Shown: piece by piece, positions 1-8,667 of the stretch
Position numbering within the stretch: the first letter of the stretch is position 1
Layout of the letters: each line of letters begins with the position of its first letter
Notes under the pieces: generated by a model
Seen by the model: only the letters and a program-made list of their open reading frames with translations
The model's database searches: none
Told to the model about the DNA's origin: nothing
IMG/VR virus record: IMGVR_UViG_3300045960_000023
Span: 1 to 50,858 of that record
DNA from: a virus
Lineage: Duplodnaviria; Caudoviricetes
Reading direction: 5' to 3' (one strand)
Length of the DNA stretch: 50,858 nucleotides
Program-made: the position numbers and the translations under genes

Positions 1-154
1 TTAACCATTGCCGCTGGTTCCTTATAGGGATCGAGATCTTCGTTGTCCATACTCGCGTTGAGCATCAGCTGGGTGATATCCTCAGCCATATACTTCCACG
101 TCGGAGTGTTAACGAAGTTCTCTATCTCGCTCCTAAAGGGGACTGTTCTTGTAT
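1..154. repeat. Terminal direct repeat, copy 1 (circular assembly overlap)
   Basis: 1-154 is identical to 50705-50858 except A78 vs C50782. Confidence 0.95.
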
Positions 155-167
155 CCTCATCCTTCAC
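1..167 (-). CDS. 5' part of a ~94-aa head-region protein that spans the circular junction and ends at 50587
   Basis: GTG at 167 overlaps the portal stop (GTGA) with a GGAGG RBS. It reads MKDEDTRTVPFRSEIENFVNTPTWKYMAE(D/E)ITQ, in frame with ORF 50587..50793. Confidence 0.75.
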   Translation of the reverse strand, partial: MKDEDTRTVPFRSEIENFVNTPTWKYMAEDITQLMLNASMDNEDLDPYKEPAAMV

Positions 168-2128
168 GCTGCACCTCCACTTGCAACGGCAGTGGGCACT
201 AAGTTGCCCTGTTGAACTTGCTTGTCAATAGCCTCGGGACTAGTGACTTGCGCCTGCACGGGCGGAGCCTGCTTGATGAACTCGTACACATCCTTGGCTC
301 CAAGCTTCCTAGCGATGTGTGTGAAGATCTTCACGATGTCCAGCTGACCCCACAGCGCAGGGTTCTGCGCCACGGTTTGGAACATCTGAGTCCACAGATC
401 ACTCTCACCACCATGCACTATCGAGCCATCTTTGATCATCAGATCATATTCGATAACCAGATCATATGGCGTCGCTTTGATCCTATTAGCGTTGGGGTAC
501 TCCTGGGCCAACACGTCAGGCCACTGGCCCACCTGCTTCACATACACATCCTGCGTCATGAGCTGCTGCGTATGGTTGGCGAAGAAGTATCCTATGTCTC
601 CCATAGCCTGTAACGATGCGATCTTGGCAGCCTTGGTGAGTCGGCTGAGGCTTGACTGATATACGTTTCCAGCCTCCTTAGCACTAACTCTTTCTCCCTC
701 TTTTCTCGCAATGCCTGACAGGCTGTCTGTTGCTGCACTGATCCGTTGGAATAGATCGACGATGTATCCCGCATCTGTGATGTGTCCTCTTGTAACGTCT
801 TGCACGTTTAGCTGGGCAACCGCCTTATCTACGCCTCGGCCCCAAGCAGCACGTCGCATCCTGATGAGCTTCCCAGGCGCGGGGTCCTTAAGATCATTAG
901 CATTAACCAGACTGGGATCGTAAATCAGCATATCATTGATCGCCTTGCGGACGTTAGTGATATGCGAGTTGAACAGCCAGTCTAACGTCTCCTGGAGGCC
1001 GTATGTGATCTCCATGCGGGAGATGGGAGTGACGCTATAACCATCGTAGTCGGGAGCGCAAACGGCAACGGGGAACTTATTATGCGCCAGGCCCAGAGGC
1101 TTTGCACAGACAACAATCTTATCAGCTGCCACGCCAAAGAGCCACTTCTCAGGTGAACTGTTACGGGACAGTCCCCACTCTGCAGGAATGAGGTTGATGT
1201 ATTGCCAGATAACATCCACCGGTCTCGTGGTAGAACCCACAACAAGGCTGCTACCTCCTGTCTTAGTGTCACGGCCAGTGCTGCTCTTGGCCTTGTTGAA
1301 GATGCTAACCCCACTGCCGCCGATGAGCTGGGACAGATACTGTACGTTGAACATCTCGCTATCGTTCTTCTCAAGGGTAAGCAGGCTGAGATAATTGCTC
1401 ATCTCGATCCAGCCTACGAACTCACCCCTCTGGGGCAGATGGATAGGAACATTGGGATCTGGCAGATATAAGTAAGGGTCAATGTTCCAAAGCTCATTCC
1501 CCTCAAACAGGGTCGCAGGCTGCATCACCCGCTGCTTCCCAAGGTCCATGAATTTAGAAAAGAAGGGCGCTACCCTATCTTGGAGGACGATCTTGCTCCC
1601 ATACTCCTTGGTCCACTTAGGAGCAACCACTCCAAATCCATAGGAAAGTGAGTCACGAAACATAGTGTGCAGCGCAAGGCCGACCTTGTTCCTCATGCAG
1701 TGCATATCGACGATAAGCTGCATCAGGGCAGCGCCCTTTATATCCTCAGGGCTCACACCTTCATAGCGGAAGTAGGGGTTCTCAAGGAAGGCCGCTACAA
1801 AGTAGGTGAGCAATGTCTCGAGGGTCGCATAGCTATAAGGGACGACGATACTGATAGGCTTCCTATCATCGTTCAACTTAACAAGACGCTCCGCATCATC
1901 TGGGCGGATATAGGCGGTGAGGGTCTGGTCGACCTTCTTCCAATACGGATATCTCTTAGACATCTGCATAGACGAGTCATTGCAGTGCATCCACACTTCC
2001 GTGATGATCTTCTTATGCAGTTCACTGTTCGGATCGAGGTCAAGACCACGAGGATATCTGTAGTCGATCTTCTGCCCTCGACTGAAGAAAGTGGGTGACT
2101 GTGGTCCTCCCATTACTATATTAGGCAT
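164..2128 (-). CDS. Portal protein (podovirus type)
   Basis: 654 aa, directly after the terminase and before the scaffold. Portal-like segments (YGFGV; LQETLDWLFNSHITNVRK; PGKLIR). Confidence 0.85.
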   Translation of the reverse strand: MPNIVMGGPQSPTFFSRGQKIDYRYPRGLDLDPNSELHKKIITEVWMHCNDSSMQMSKRYPYWKKVDQTLTAYIRPDDAERLVKLNDDRKPISIVVPYSYATLETLLTYFVAAFLENPYFRYEGVSPEDIKGAALMQLIVDMHCMRNKVGLALHTMFRDSLSYGFGVVAPKWTKEYGSKIVLQDRVAPFFSKFMDLGKQRVMQPATLFEGNELWNIDPYLYLPDPNVPIHLPQRGEFVGWIEMSNYLSLLTLEKNDSEMFNVQYLSQLIGGSGVSIFNKAKSSTGRDTKTGGSSLVVGSTTRPVDVIWQYINLIPAEWGLSRNSSPEKWLFGVAADKIVVCAKPLGLAHNKFPVAVCAPDYDGYSVTPISRMEITYGLQETLDWLFNSHITNVRKAINDMLIYDPSLVNANDLKDPAPGKLIRMRRAAWGRGVDKAVAQLNVQDVTRGHITDAGYIVDLFQRISAATDSLSGIARKEGERVSAKEAGNVYQSSLSRLTKAAKIASLQAMGDIGYFFANHTQQLMTQDVYVKQVGQWPDVLAQEYPNANRIKATPYDLVIEYDLMIKDGSIVHGGESDLWTQMFQTVAQNPALWGQLDIVKIFTHIARKLGAKDVYEFIKQAPPVQAQVTSPEAIDKQVQQGNLVPTAVASGGAA

Positions 2129-2159
2129 ACTGCAAATCCCCTTTTACCAACCATTGGTG

Positions 2160-3662
2160 TTAGGCGCAACGCCACCCCTGCGCTACAGGCTCATTGTCCT
2201 CGTTCTCTAGGTCCTTGTACTCGTCTTCAATCGCTTGCGGGTCGTCCTCTTTGTCATCTCCGCTAAAGTAGCGCTCACCAAGTTCGAGTAACTCGATGAT
2301 GTACGCAAAGGCGTCCATGACGTCCCACCTTTTCGACCTCGGGTAGGCGAGTAGTTGTTGCTCCAGTATTGGGCTAATCGCAGGATTGTGATAGACATAC
2401 CCCATCCTATAGAAGGGAACCAGCATGGCGATGCGCTCTTCTTTCGAAGCCCTTGCCTTAAGCTCGACAAGCTGGTAGAACTTCCTACGTTTGATCATCT
2501 CCGTGGTGAACGGATAGGTAATAAACTCATTCAGCGAGGTAACTTCGTACCCGATAGTTCTCGCGCCAATCCTATCAGCCATAGCGAAAGCAATATCGTA
2601 GATCTCATCAGGATGAAACTTGCCAGCCTGAATGTCTCTGACATAGATGGCGCTTTTCTGTGTGTCAACCCCTATCCCCACTATGGCCGAATCGGCTGAA
2701 CTGAAGTTGGTTGTCTTCGCTGGGTCGATTATCACTACATTTTCCAGCCTATTCCTCACCTTAATGAACTCATCACTCTGCTCGTCGTAGCTTTTGAAGT
2801 ACGACTGGCGAAAAGATGCAGTTTCCGTGGCAATAGGCACGCCCCGATACTCACGGGCGAACACATCTAGCTGACCTTTGTTCTTATACGACTCATAAAG
2901 CTGCTTCACGTCATCATCTGACATAAAGTCGGGCCAATTACTGCGCAAATCGTCGCTACAAAGGTCAATCTCGATGGTATGCCACTCAGGATCGGCAATA
3001 AGCTTCGCTAAGAGGCTATCTTCGTGGAGCAAAGTGCCAATAACTACGATTTTCCAGTTCTTAGAGCCCCTGTCAATAGAGTTACACACATCCGCAAAGA
3101 ACCATTCACTGAGCTTTTTGCGCTGATCTTCGCTACGTACACCCTCCGAGTCCTCGAGGTCGTCCCCGATGATGAGGTCGGGTCGACTGTTCCGGTACAA
3201 GATTCCACGAACCTGCTGCCCAGCACCTCGAGGCATAACAAGTGTGCTTCCATTAGCGACCCACATCTCCTTGCTAAAGGTGGTATCTACCTCATCCTCA
3301 CCCGTAGCATTGGTCTTAATGTCCCCAAAGAGCTTCTTAATAGTGGTGTTGGTGCGAAGCTCCATCTTCATATTCTCAGCTTGCATCACCGCTTGCGTAG
3401 CAGTGTTGCTAATTGGTACGATAAAGCGCTTGTCCCTGAAGAGGATATGGCGGCCTGGGAACGCAAAGTTGGTTATCGACGTCTTTCCCCAACCTCGCGG
3501 GGCCTTAATCACAACCCTCTGTATGCTATCGTCGTCAAGCGCTCTAAAGATCTGGTCGGTGAGCGCAGAGAAGGGCCGATGAAAGCGCTCAGGGAACAGC
3601 ACTTTCGCGGATATCTTTGTGCTCGCGCAGCACCGAGCCATGATTTCTTTAAGGTCGTTCAT
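2160..3662 (-). CDS. terL: Terminase large subunit
   Basis: Walker A APRGWGKTS, Walker B LIIGDDLED, coupling motif IGT, nuclease IIDPA...D...WDVMDA. Confidence 0.93.
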   Translation of the reverse strand: MNDLKEIMARCCASTKISAKVLFPERFHRPFSALTDQIFRALDDDSIQRVVIKAPRGWGKTSITNFAFPGRHILFRDKRFIVPISNTATQAVMQAENMKMELRTNTTIKKLFGDIKTNATGEDEVDTTFSKEMWVANGSTLVMPRGAGQQVRGILYRNSRPDLIIGDDLEDSEGVRSEDQRKKLSEWFFADVCNSIDRGSKNWKIVVIGTLLHEDSLLAKLIADPEWHTIEIDLCSDDLRSNWPDFMSDDDVKQLYESYKNKGQLDVFAREYRGVPIATETASFRQSYFKSYDEQSDEFIKVRNRLENVVIIDPAKTTNFSSADSAIVGIGVDTQKSAIYVRDIQAGKFHPDEIYDIAFAMADRIGARTIGYEVTSLNEFITYPFTTEMIKRRKFYQLVELKARASKEERIAMLVPFYRMGYVYHNPAISPILEQQLLAYPRSKRWDVMDAFAYIIELLELGERYFSGDDKEDDPQAIEDEYKDLENEDNEPVAQGWRCA

Positions 3663-3900
3663 CTCCCTCGTAGCACTCCACGGTCACGAGCAGATCACGG
3701 TATGCCTTCACCACGGCCTGATAGTTAGCGAGCAGCAGGCCCTGCGACTCCGGCCTCGCCAGCTCCTGCGGGGACACTGGGCGGGGACAGTACTTTGGTT
3801 TCTGAGTGATCACCGTTGGCGGCTGGACGTTGGACTTTCCCCCGCACGCTATTGTTAAACTGATCAGTAATATCAATAGCCATCTGCTTATACTCCGCAT
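3649..3900 (-). CDS. Outer-membrane spanin (Rz1-like lipoprotein)
   Basis: Signal peptide with lipobox LTIAC, Pro-rich; overlaps the 3' end of the coiled-coil gene in another frame. Confidence 0.75.
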   Translation of the reverse strand: MRSISRWLLILLISLTIACGGKSNVQPPTVITQKPKYCPRPVSPQELARPESQGLLLANYQAVVKAYRDLLVTVECYEGDERP

Positions 3901-4204
3901 TGATCACCTCACATGGCTTATCGCTCTGCTGGTTAGCCACGATCCGCCTATACATATCTGTGGTCTCAGTGGCTATGGTTTTCCACTTGGCAGCCTGCCG
4001 CTTTATATCTGCGATGTTCTGTTCGAGACCAGCTATGATCCCGTTAAGCGATGTTACGTTCCCTTGAAAGGTGACTATCTTCTGCTCTGCCACAGCCAGT
4101 TCACCTTTCAGGGTAGCGATGCTAGCTTTCTTGGCCTGCAGGTCTCCCCACATCAGGGTGAACACCACTACCACTACGGCTAGCGCTATCAGCTTTAAGT
4201 ACAT
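3725..4204 (-). CDS. Inner-membrane spanin (Rz-like)
   Basis: N-terminal TM helix followed by a long coiled coil; in the lysis cassette. Confidence 0.75.
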   Translation of the reverse strand: MYLKLIALAVVVVVFTLMWGDLQAKKASIATLKGELAVAEQKIVTFQGNVTSLNGIIAGLEQNIADIKRQAAKWKTIATETTDMYRRIVANQQSDKPCEVINAEYKQMAIDITDQFNNSVRGKVQRPAANGDHSETKVLSPPSVPAGAGEAGVAGPAAR

Positions 4205-4439
4205 CTGTCTTCAGCTCCTCTCTCTTCTCCAGGTACTTCCCACCTGTCACGGTTATGAACACTAGCGAAGCAAGCGTCACAACACCAGATGGGACATCTC
4301 CTAGCCCATCGTGCACTACATAGACAATAGCCCACGCCATGATAGGAACCGCCACGACTAGGACGGCCACTCCCACGAACACTACTCGCATGGAGGAGAG
4401 GTCGCCCTTAGCCGTGAAAAGACGGGTTGCAAAGTCCAC
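4122..4439 (-). CDS. Putative holin
   Basis: Two hydrophobic helices and a charged C-terminus; lies between endolysin and spanins. Confidence 0.55.
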   Translation of the reverse strand: MDFATRLFTAKGDLSSMRVVFVGVAVLVVAVPIMAWAIVYVVHDGLGDVPSGVVTLASLVFITVTGGKYLEKREELKTDVLKADSASRSGSGVHPDVGRPAGQES

Positions 4440-4442
4440 TTG

Positions 4443-4664
4443 CTACTCCTTCAACAGGCCCTGCTCCTTGGCATAAGCGAGTGCCTTCTTCATGGCCTCA
4501 TTCTCTTCCGCCTTCTTCAGCGCATCCACTCCAGCTTTCTGAATAGCGGCCACTTTCGAGCTGAACCACTGCGGGCTATTCAGCACAACAGGAACCATGA
4601 TCGCTGCACCGATAAGCGCCCCAATCAAAATCCTAGGGTCAACCAGATACTCAATAACACCCAT
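4443..4664 (-). CDS. Small single-TM membrane protein
   Basis: ATG at 4664 with GGAGG RBS; hydrophobic ILIGALIGAAIMVPVVL. Confidence 0.7.
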   Translation of the reverse strand: MGVIEYLVDPRILIGALIGAAIMVPVVLNSPQWFSSKVAAIQKAGVDALKKAEENEAMKKALAYAKEQGLLKE

Positions 4665-4717
4665 CTCCTGTCCTCCTATGATTGCTAAGATTAACGCTGC
4701 TCCCACCGCTGTAACTA

Positions 4718-5029
4718 CTAAAGCACACGCAGATTCGTGACCATCTGCGGGGGAGTAAAGTCGAAAAAACGGGTCACACTAGCAGGGTCTGCAATGTTCC
4801 CTTCCGCGTCAGAAGGAGCCACCCAGAGCGTGCCCTCCCCCTCCACAATGGCGAGTCCACCGGGCAGGTTGAACACATATTCGCTTTGCCCAGGCACTGC
4901 GGGGACTGCCACACTGGGCAGGTCGTAACTGAACGGCGCACTCCCCTGTGCATAGTAGACGAGGAAGTTAGCAACTCCTTCTCCTGCCTGCGGGTCTGTC
5001 CATGCGATGCTTTTCTGTGCAAGTTTCAT
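4718..5029 (-). CDS. Fn3/Ig-like beta-sandwich protein
   Basis: SIAWTDP...FLVYY...LWVAPSDAEGNIADP...PPQMVTNL pattern; GGAGGT RBS. Confidence 0.5.
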   Translation of the reverse strand: MKLAQKSIAWTDPQAGEGVANFLVYYAQGSAPFSYDLPSVAVPAVPGQSEYVFNLPGGLAIVEGEGTLWVAPSDAEGNIADPASVTRFFDFTPPQMVTNLRVL

Positions 5030-5037
5030 GATACCTC

Positions 5038-5454
5038 CTATCGAATAATAACTGGGGACAGTCTCCAGAACACGCCCCAGGGTTGATTCACATCTACGCC
5101 ATCCAACCTGGTGAGCCGAGCAGTCGGACCGTCACTATAAGCCCAATCGCTACAACTAGGAGTAAAAGTAGGATTGCAACTTCGCACAGCGAACCTGAAC
5201 AGTCCAGCTCGCTTTCGTGGCAGTGTAGCAGTCGTCCCTGTAACCGTAACCACCCACTCTTGAGTCGGATACTTAGCGATCGTCTTGACTTCGTAATAGG
5301 TCGCTCCTTCAACGGCATCCCACGCTACTGTGATAGTGGGATTATCCGTCTCATATATCCAGGCCTGCCAGATCGTGCTCGCTGCGCAAAGCGTTAGCCA
5401 AAGCGCAACAAGGCAACAACACGCGGCCCACGTTTTCCAACTTGCCCGTACCAT
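5038..5454 (-). CDS. Exported Fn3-like protein
   Basis: Hydrophobic N-terminus, then ITVAWDAVEGATYYEV...FAVRSCN...SDW; probable ATG at 5454. Confidence 0.6.
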   Translation of the reverse strand: MVRASWKTWAACCCLVALWLTLCAASTIWQAWIYETDNPTITVAWDAVEGATYYEVKTIAKYPTQEWVVTVTGTTATLPRKRAGLFRFAVRSCNPTFTPSCSDWAYSDGPTARLTRLDGVDVNQPWGVFWRLSPVIIR

Positions 5455-5858
5455 GCTGTCTTCTCCAGATGACTTGCTACCTGCTCCCATTCCCCTGCAT
5501 TAACGTGAGCAATCGTCGGTTGGAACTGGACATTGAGCTTAGTATAGCCCATGTTATAGACGAGATCATAGAGAGCCACTTGTCTGCTCTCAGTGAAGGA
5601 GTCAATCCTAGGGAACAACTTACGAGCATCGCTGATTGCACCAGCAAGGTCAATATCGAGCAGCTTATATACAAGCTCCTTCGACAAGCGACCGTACTGA
5701 TTAAAGTAGGCGAGGAACTCACCAGATAGTGGGCGGGCCTCGACGTTGTGCCCGATACCGATGGTAGCGATCCCCTTTGAGTCGGGGTAGATAACCTCAC
5801 TATATCCCTCCGCCCTCGCGACGTGCTTATATAGAAATGCTCTGCAAGAAGGTGTCAT
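5394..5858 (-). CDS. Endolysin, T4-lysozyme-like (GH24)
   Basis: Catalytic E-x8-D-x5-T in AEGYSEVIYPDSKGIATIGIGHN; C-terminal WYGQVGKRG. Confidence 0.9.
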   Translation of the reverse strand: MTPSCRAFLYKHVARAEGYSEVIYPDSKGIATIGIGHNVEARPLSGEFLAYFNQYGRLSKELVYKLLDIDLAGAISDARKLFPRIDSFTESRQVALYDLVYNMGYTKLNVQFQPTIAHVNAGEWEQVASHLEKTAWYGQVGKRGPRVVALLRFG

Positions 5859-6238
5859 TCAAGGAACCTCTTAAGAATAGGTGGCACTTCTCTGAAAATA
5901 ACCGCCTTAACGGCGGCCCACGCGAACAGGCCAGCTCCTCCATAAATGAGGAACATGGCGAAATTATCTTGGAAATGGCGCCAAGCTGTGTTCAACGATC
6001 TGGTGAATGACTGAGGAGGATCAACTGTCTCTGGGCAGCCACTTTGCTTAGCCGCACTAACTGCCACATCGATCTTACCCGCCAAGGCACGAAGGCCATT
6101 AGCAGCCTCTTCAAGCCGTTCAACCATACCAGCTTGCACCTCTTCCATATTGTCAACCCTGGTCTCGAGTGCTGCGAGACGCTCCCCATGCTTCATCGTT
6201 GTCTGGGTGCATGAGGAGTGCTGCGAACAGACCTCCAT
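5855..6238 (-). CDS. Coiled-coil protein with C-terminal TM (holin/antiholin-like)
   Basis: ERLAALETRV coiled coil plus C-terminal hydrophobic helix; directly upstream of the endolysin. Confidence 0.5.
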   Translation of the reverse strand: MEVCSQHSSCTQTTMKHGERLAALETRVDNMEEVQAGMVERLEEAANGLRALAGKIDVAVSAAKQSGCPETVDPPQSFTRSLNTAWRHFQDNFAMFLIYGGAGLFAWAAVKAVIFREVPPILKRFLE

Positions 6239-6249
6239 GTATCCTCCAG

Positions 6250-6741
6250 CTATGTAGTAGCAACCTCGATGGTTCGCTCCTCTAGCATATCATTCTCGCG
6301 CGCCAACTCCTTCGCGCGGGCTTTGATCTCTGCAAGGTCCTCAGGTGTGAAGTGCATCATGCGGCCATCTACCTGCATCTTCTTCACAGCCCCATGACCT
6401 GCGCGGTCCAGAATATCGCGTGACGCACTCAGTTGGATGGCCTTGTTATCCTCTTGCTCCACCAGCTCCGCCATCTTCTCCACAGCGGACAACGCGATCT
6501 CCTGGATACGCTTCGCTATATCAATAGATTCGACGTCACGCGCAGAACGCAAAAGCTCCAATTGCCTCTTGACAATGGAGCTATTCAACGTATAGGAGAC
6601 CATCTCCGGCGTGACATTGAGGATGGCCGCTATGTCCACTTGCTTCGCCCCACAACTGGCAAGGCGAACAATCTCATGGTGCACGTCCCACATCTTACTA
6701 ATCTGGTACGTCTGCCTATCTGCCATAGGATGTCGGCCCAT
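6250..6741 (-). CDS. Putative terminase small subunit (HTH)
   Basis: ATG at 6741 with GGAGGG RBS (the longer ORF to 7062 looks spurious); HTH QVDIAAILNVTPEMVS; ASRDILDRAG motif; first late gene. Confidence 0.65.
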   Translation of the reverse strand: MGRHPMADRQTYQISKMWDVHHEIVRLASCGAKQVDIAAILNVTPEMVSYTLNSSIVKRQLELLRSARDVESIDIAKRIQEIALSAVEKMAELVEQEDNKAIQLSASRDILDRAGHGAVKKMQVDGRMMHFTPEDLAEIKARAKELARENDMLEERTIEVATT

Positions 6742-6776
6742 CAGAAACCCTCCACATAGTCCCGCTTCACATGGAA

Positions 6777-6806
6777 ATGGTATCATGAGACAGGTGTAGA
6801 AGTCAA
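6777..6806 (-). promoter_or_regulatory. Leftward sigma70-like promoter for the late arm
   Basis: TTGACT-18 nt-TACCAT with TG extension, ~35 nt upstream of ATG 6741. Confidence 0.5.
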
Positions 6807-6862
6807 GACCCAAATGAATGAAATTGCACTCGCTAGCTCTTTCACAATAGCCGATACACCCG

Positions 6863-6885
6863 CTATCACCAATCAATGGTGATAG
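6863..6885. promoter_or_regulatory. Fully extended palindromic operator-like site
   Basis: CTATCACCAATCAATGGTGATAG between the divergent promoters; one of 10 core copies. Confidence 0.7.
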
Positions 6886-6984
6886 AAGCACGCACAATGT
6901 TGTGGAATATGTAGAAATTACTACGCACCCTATGACCGTCTTCCCCCTGCGTGAGGGTGGGCATTTCCCCAACTGGGGGGGTAC

Positions 6985-7013
6985 TTGACATATGGGTGCA
7001 TCTATGGGATGAT
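6985..7013 (+). promoter_or_regulatory. Rightward sigma70-like promoter
   Basis: TTGACA-17 nt-GATGAT with TG extension. Confidence 0.5.
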
Positions 7014-7119
7014 GTATCCAACAACACGGGAGGTGAACAACATGACCAACTAACATCATCATTAAAGATGACAGCCAGACAACAGCGTGTTACCATGCAC
7101 ACGGGCAAACAGCATGGCG

Positions 7120-7583
7120 TCTAATGCCCACCTTTGGGGACGGATGCACCTTGCACAACTAGCACAATGGAGGTGCATTATGGAACTGCCCAAACTGATG
7201 GTGAAGTATATCAGCACAAAGGTGAATGACGAGGCCGAAGCGGTGAAGACCAAACTCACGCTTGACCTGTCCGGTTTGACCTGGCTTGACGTTCTCGAAT
7301 ATGCTATCATGGCACTGGTTGTCAAATGGCAGGGAACGGCTCGCAGGGCAAAAGGTGGCATCCCTTCCATCGCCACCTGGATTGTTCCGAAGCCCGGAAC
7401 TCGTGCCCAGGTTGACCCGCGTGAGACCGCAATCAATCAACTGATTGCCGCAGGTTACACCCGCGAGGTTGCCACTTTCATTCTTGACAATGCGGACAAG
7501 GTGAAAGTCGCGGCGGACGCTACCGAGGACGAGGAATAACATCAACTCGCAAAGCGCATCCGTCTCCAGAAGTGGGCATTAGA
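7120..7583. repeat. 35-bp imperfect inverted repeats (7120-7154, 7549-7583) flanking one gene
   Basis: 30/35 identity between the left arm and the reverse complement of the right arm. Confidence 0.85.
7180..7539 (+). CDS. Hypothetical early protein (119 aa)
   Basis: ATG 7180 with GGAGGT RBS; acidic C-terminus. Confidence 0.85.
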   Translation: MELPKLMVKYISTKVNDEAEAVKTKLTLDLSGLTWLDVLEYAIMALVVKWQGTARRAKGGIPSIATWIVPKPGTRAQVDPRETAINQLIAAGYTREVATFILDNADKVKVAADATEDEE

Positions 7584-7604
7584 TGGGCATCTCGATGGGA
7601 AACA

Positions 7605-7780
7605 GGTGGGTGTGTATGTGTGTCTGTCTGTGTGCCACCCCCTCCTTCCCATCCATGATGCCACCTTATCCACTATCCCTACTATTAAAAAAATATATAG
7701 AAGAAGAATAAGGGAAGGGATAAGGGGACTGTGCATGGGGGAAGGACTGGGTGGCACACACACGCACCCACCTACCCACA
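7605..7780. other. Large nested inverted repeat with AT-rich centre (candidate origin or processing site)
   Basis: 7629-7640/7749-7760, 7643-7650/7739-7746 and 7664-7671/7718-7725 are exact complements around TATTAAAAAAATATATAG. Confidence 0.55.
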
Positions 7781-7919
7781 CAACGCCCACTTGCATCTTG
7801 CCAACAGGAGGCATCTATGGACTGGTACGTCAAGGTTATAATTGCCATCATCTATGGGCTCTGCCTGATAGTTATGGCAGATGCGTTTCTTAACTTTCTA
7901 ACTTGATAGGGAGGTGTCT

Positions 7920-8111
7920 ATGAACATCGAGGCTATGCTTCAGTCTATTGAACAGGCGGATGAAGATGTGCGGAGGGCTGAGAAGGAAAGGGCAGACCTG
8001 AAGGCGCACATCATCAAGGAGATGGTGAGGGATAACGTCTATGATTTCCTCTCCATTAACATCAGCAAGATGCGCCAGGTCACGAGGCGCATGGATAGGG
8101 TGAGGAGGTAA
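7920..8111 (+). CDS. Hypothetical coiled-coil protein
   Basis: GGAGGT RBS, ATG 7920. Confidence 0.75.
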   Translation: MNIEAMLQSIEQADEDVRRAEKERADLKAHIIKEMVRDNVYDFLSINISKMRQVTRRMDRVRR

Positions 8112-8116
8112 CAGCC

Positions 8117-8296
8117 ATGCCTATTGACAATCTGCAGCCCATAGAGAAGATGCAGCGCATCAGAGGTGCCATCGCCACTATTGAGGATATGCTTGTTTGC
8201 CTATCCGCCTACGATGGGAGGCCAGTTGACAAGGTGATGCCTAGGCTCATGGAACTGAGGAAGGCAGTCGACAACTTCACCGCTGAGCACATCTAG
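8117..8296 (+). CDS. Hypothetical protein (59 aa, not in ORF track)
   Basis: GAGGAGG RBS; MPIDNLQPIEKMQRIRGAI...FTAEHI*. Confidence 0.7.
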   Translation: MPIDNLQPIEKMQRIRGAIATIEDMLVCLSAYDGRPVDKVMPRLMELRKAVDNFTAEHI

Positions 8297-8360
8297 CATT
8301 GGTCTTGCCCCTTGCTTGTCGAGGGGCAGGGCTAACCCTAGATGAGAGGAGGTGATACAA

Positions 8361-8513
8361 GTGGACTTTTACGACTATCTCAAGATGTTGGACAAGCCGG
8401 ATGTTGCGCTTCTTTACAGGGTGCTGAGGGACAAGATCATGGCTCAGCCGAAGGAGGCGTCTCAGCAGGACTACACAGTGCTGGGCAAGTTGAAGGTTAT
8501 TCTCAATGGCTAG
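8361..8513 (+). CDS. Hypothetical protein (50 aa, not in ORF track)
   Basis: AGGAGGTG RBS, GTG start; MDFYDYLKMLDKPDVALLYRVL...ILNG*. Confidence 0.7.
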   Translation: MDFYDYLKMLDKPDVALLYRVLRDKIMAQPKEASQQDYTVLGKLKVILNG

Positions 8514-8519
8514 AAACGT

Positions 8520-8554
8520 GGGCACCTATTACCAACCAATGGTGATAGGTGCCC
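8520..8554. promoter_or_regulatory. Long palindrome containing the operator-like core
   Basis: GGGCACCTATTACCA-ACCAA-TGGTGATAGGTGCCC, ~60 bp upstream of the promoter at 8613. Confidence 0.65.
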
Positions 8555-8612
8555 TTTACCTATTTCACATGATAGGTGAATAGTGAGCACACACACCTGT
8601 GTCATTTGTGGG

Positions 8613-8641
8613 TTGACACCTACCCCAAAGTCTGATATGCT
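8613..8641 (+). promoter_or_regulatory. sigma70-like promoter
   Basis: TTGACA-17 nt-TATGCT with TG extension. Confidence 0.7.
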
Positions 8642-8667
8642 TTCTCATCAACATCAGGAGGTGTCGT

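Noticed and set aside
6742-7062. N-terminal extension of ORF 6250..7062
   Set aside because: It crosses promoters and the palindrome; a good SD supports a start at 6741
7120-7583. IS or MITE interpretation of the inverted repeats
   Set aside because: No transposase motifs and no target-site duplication seen
8342-8545. ORF-track 67-aa ORF
   Set aside because: The alternative frame 8361..8513 has the properly spaced SD and a more protein-like sequence
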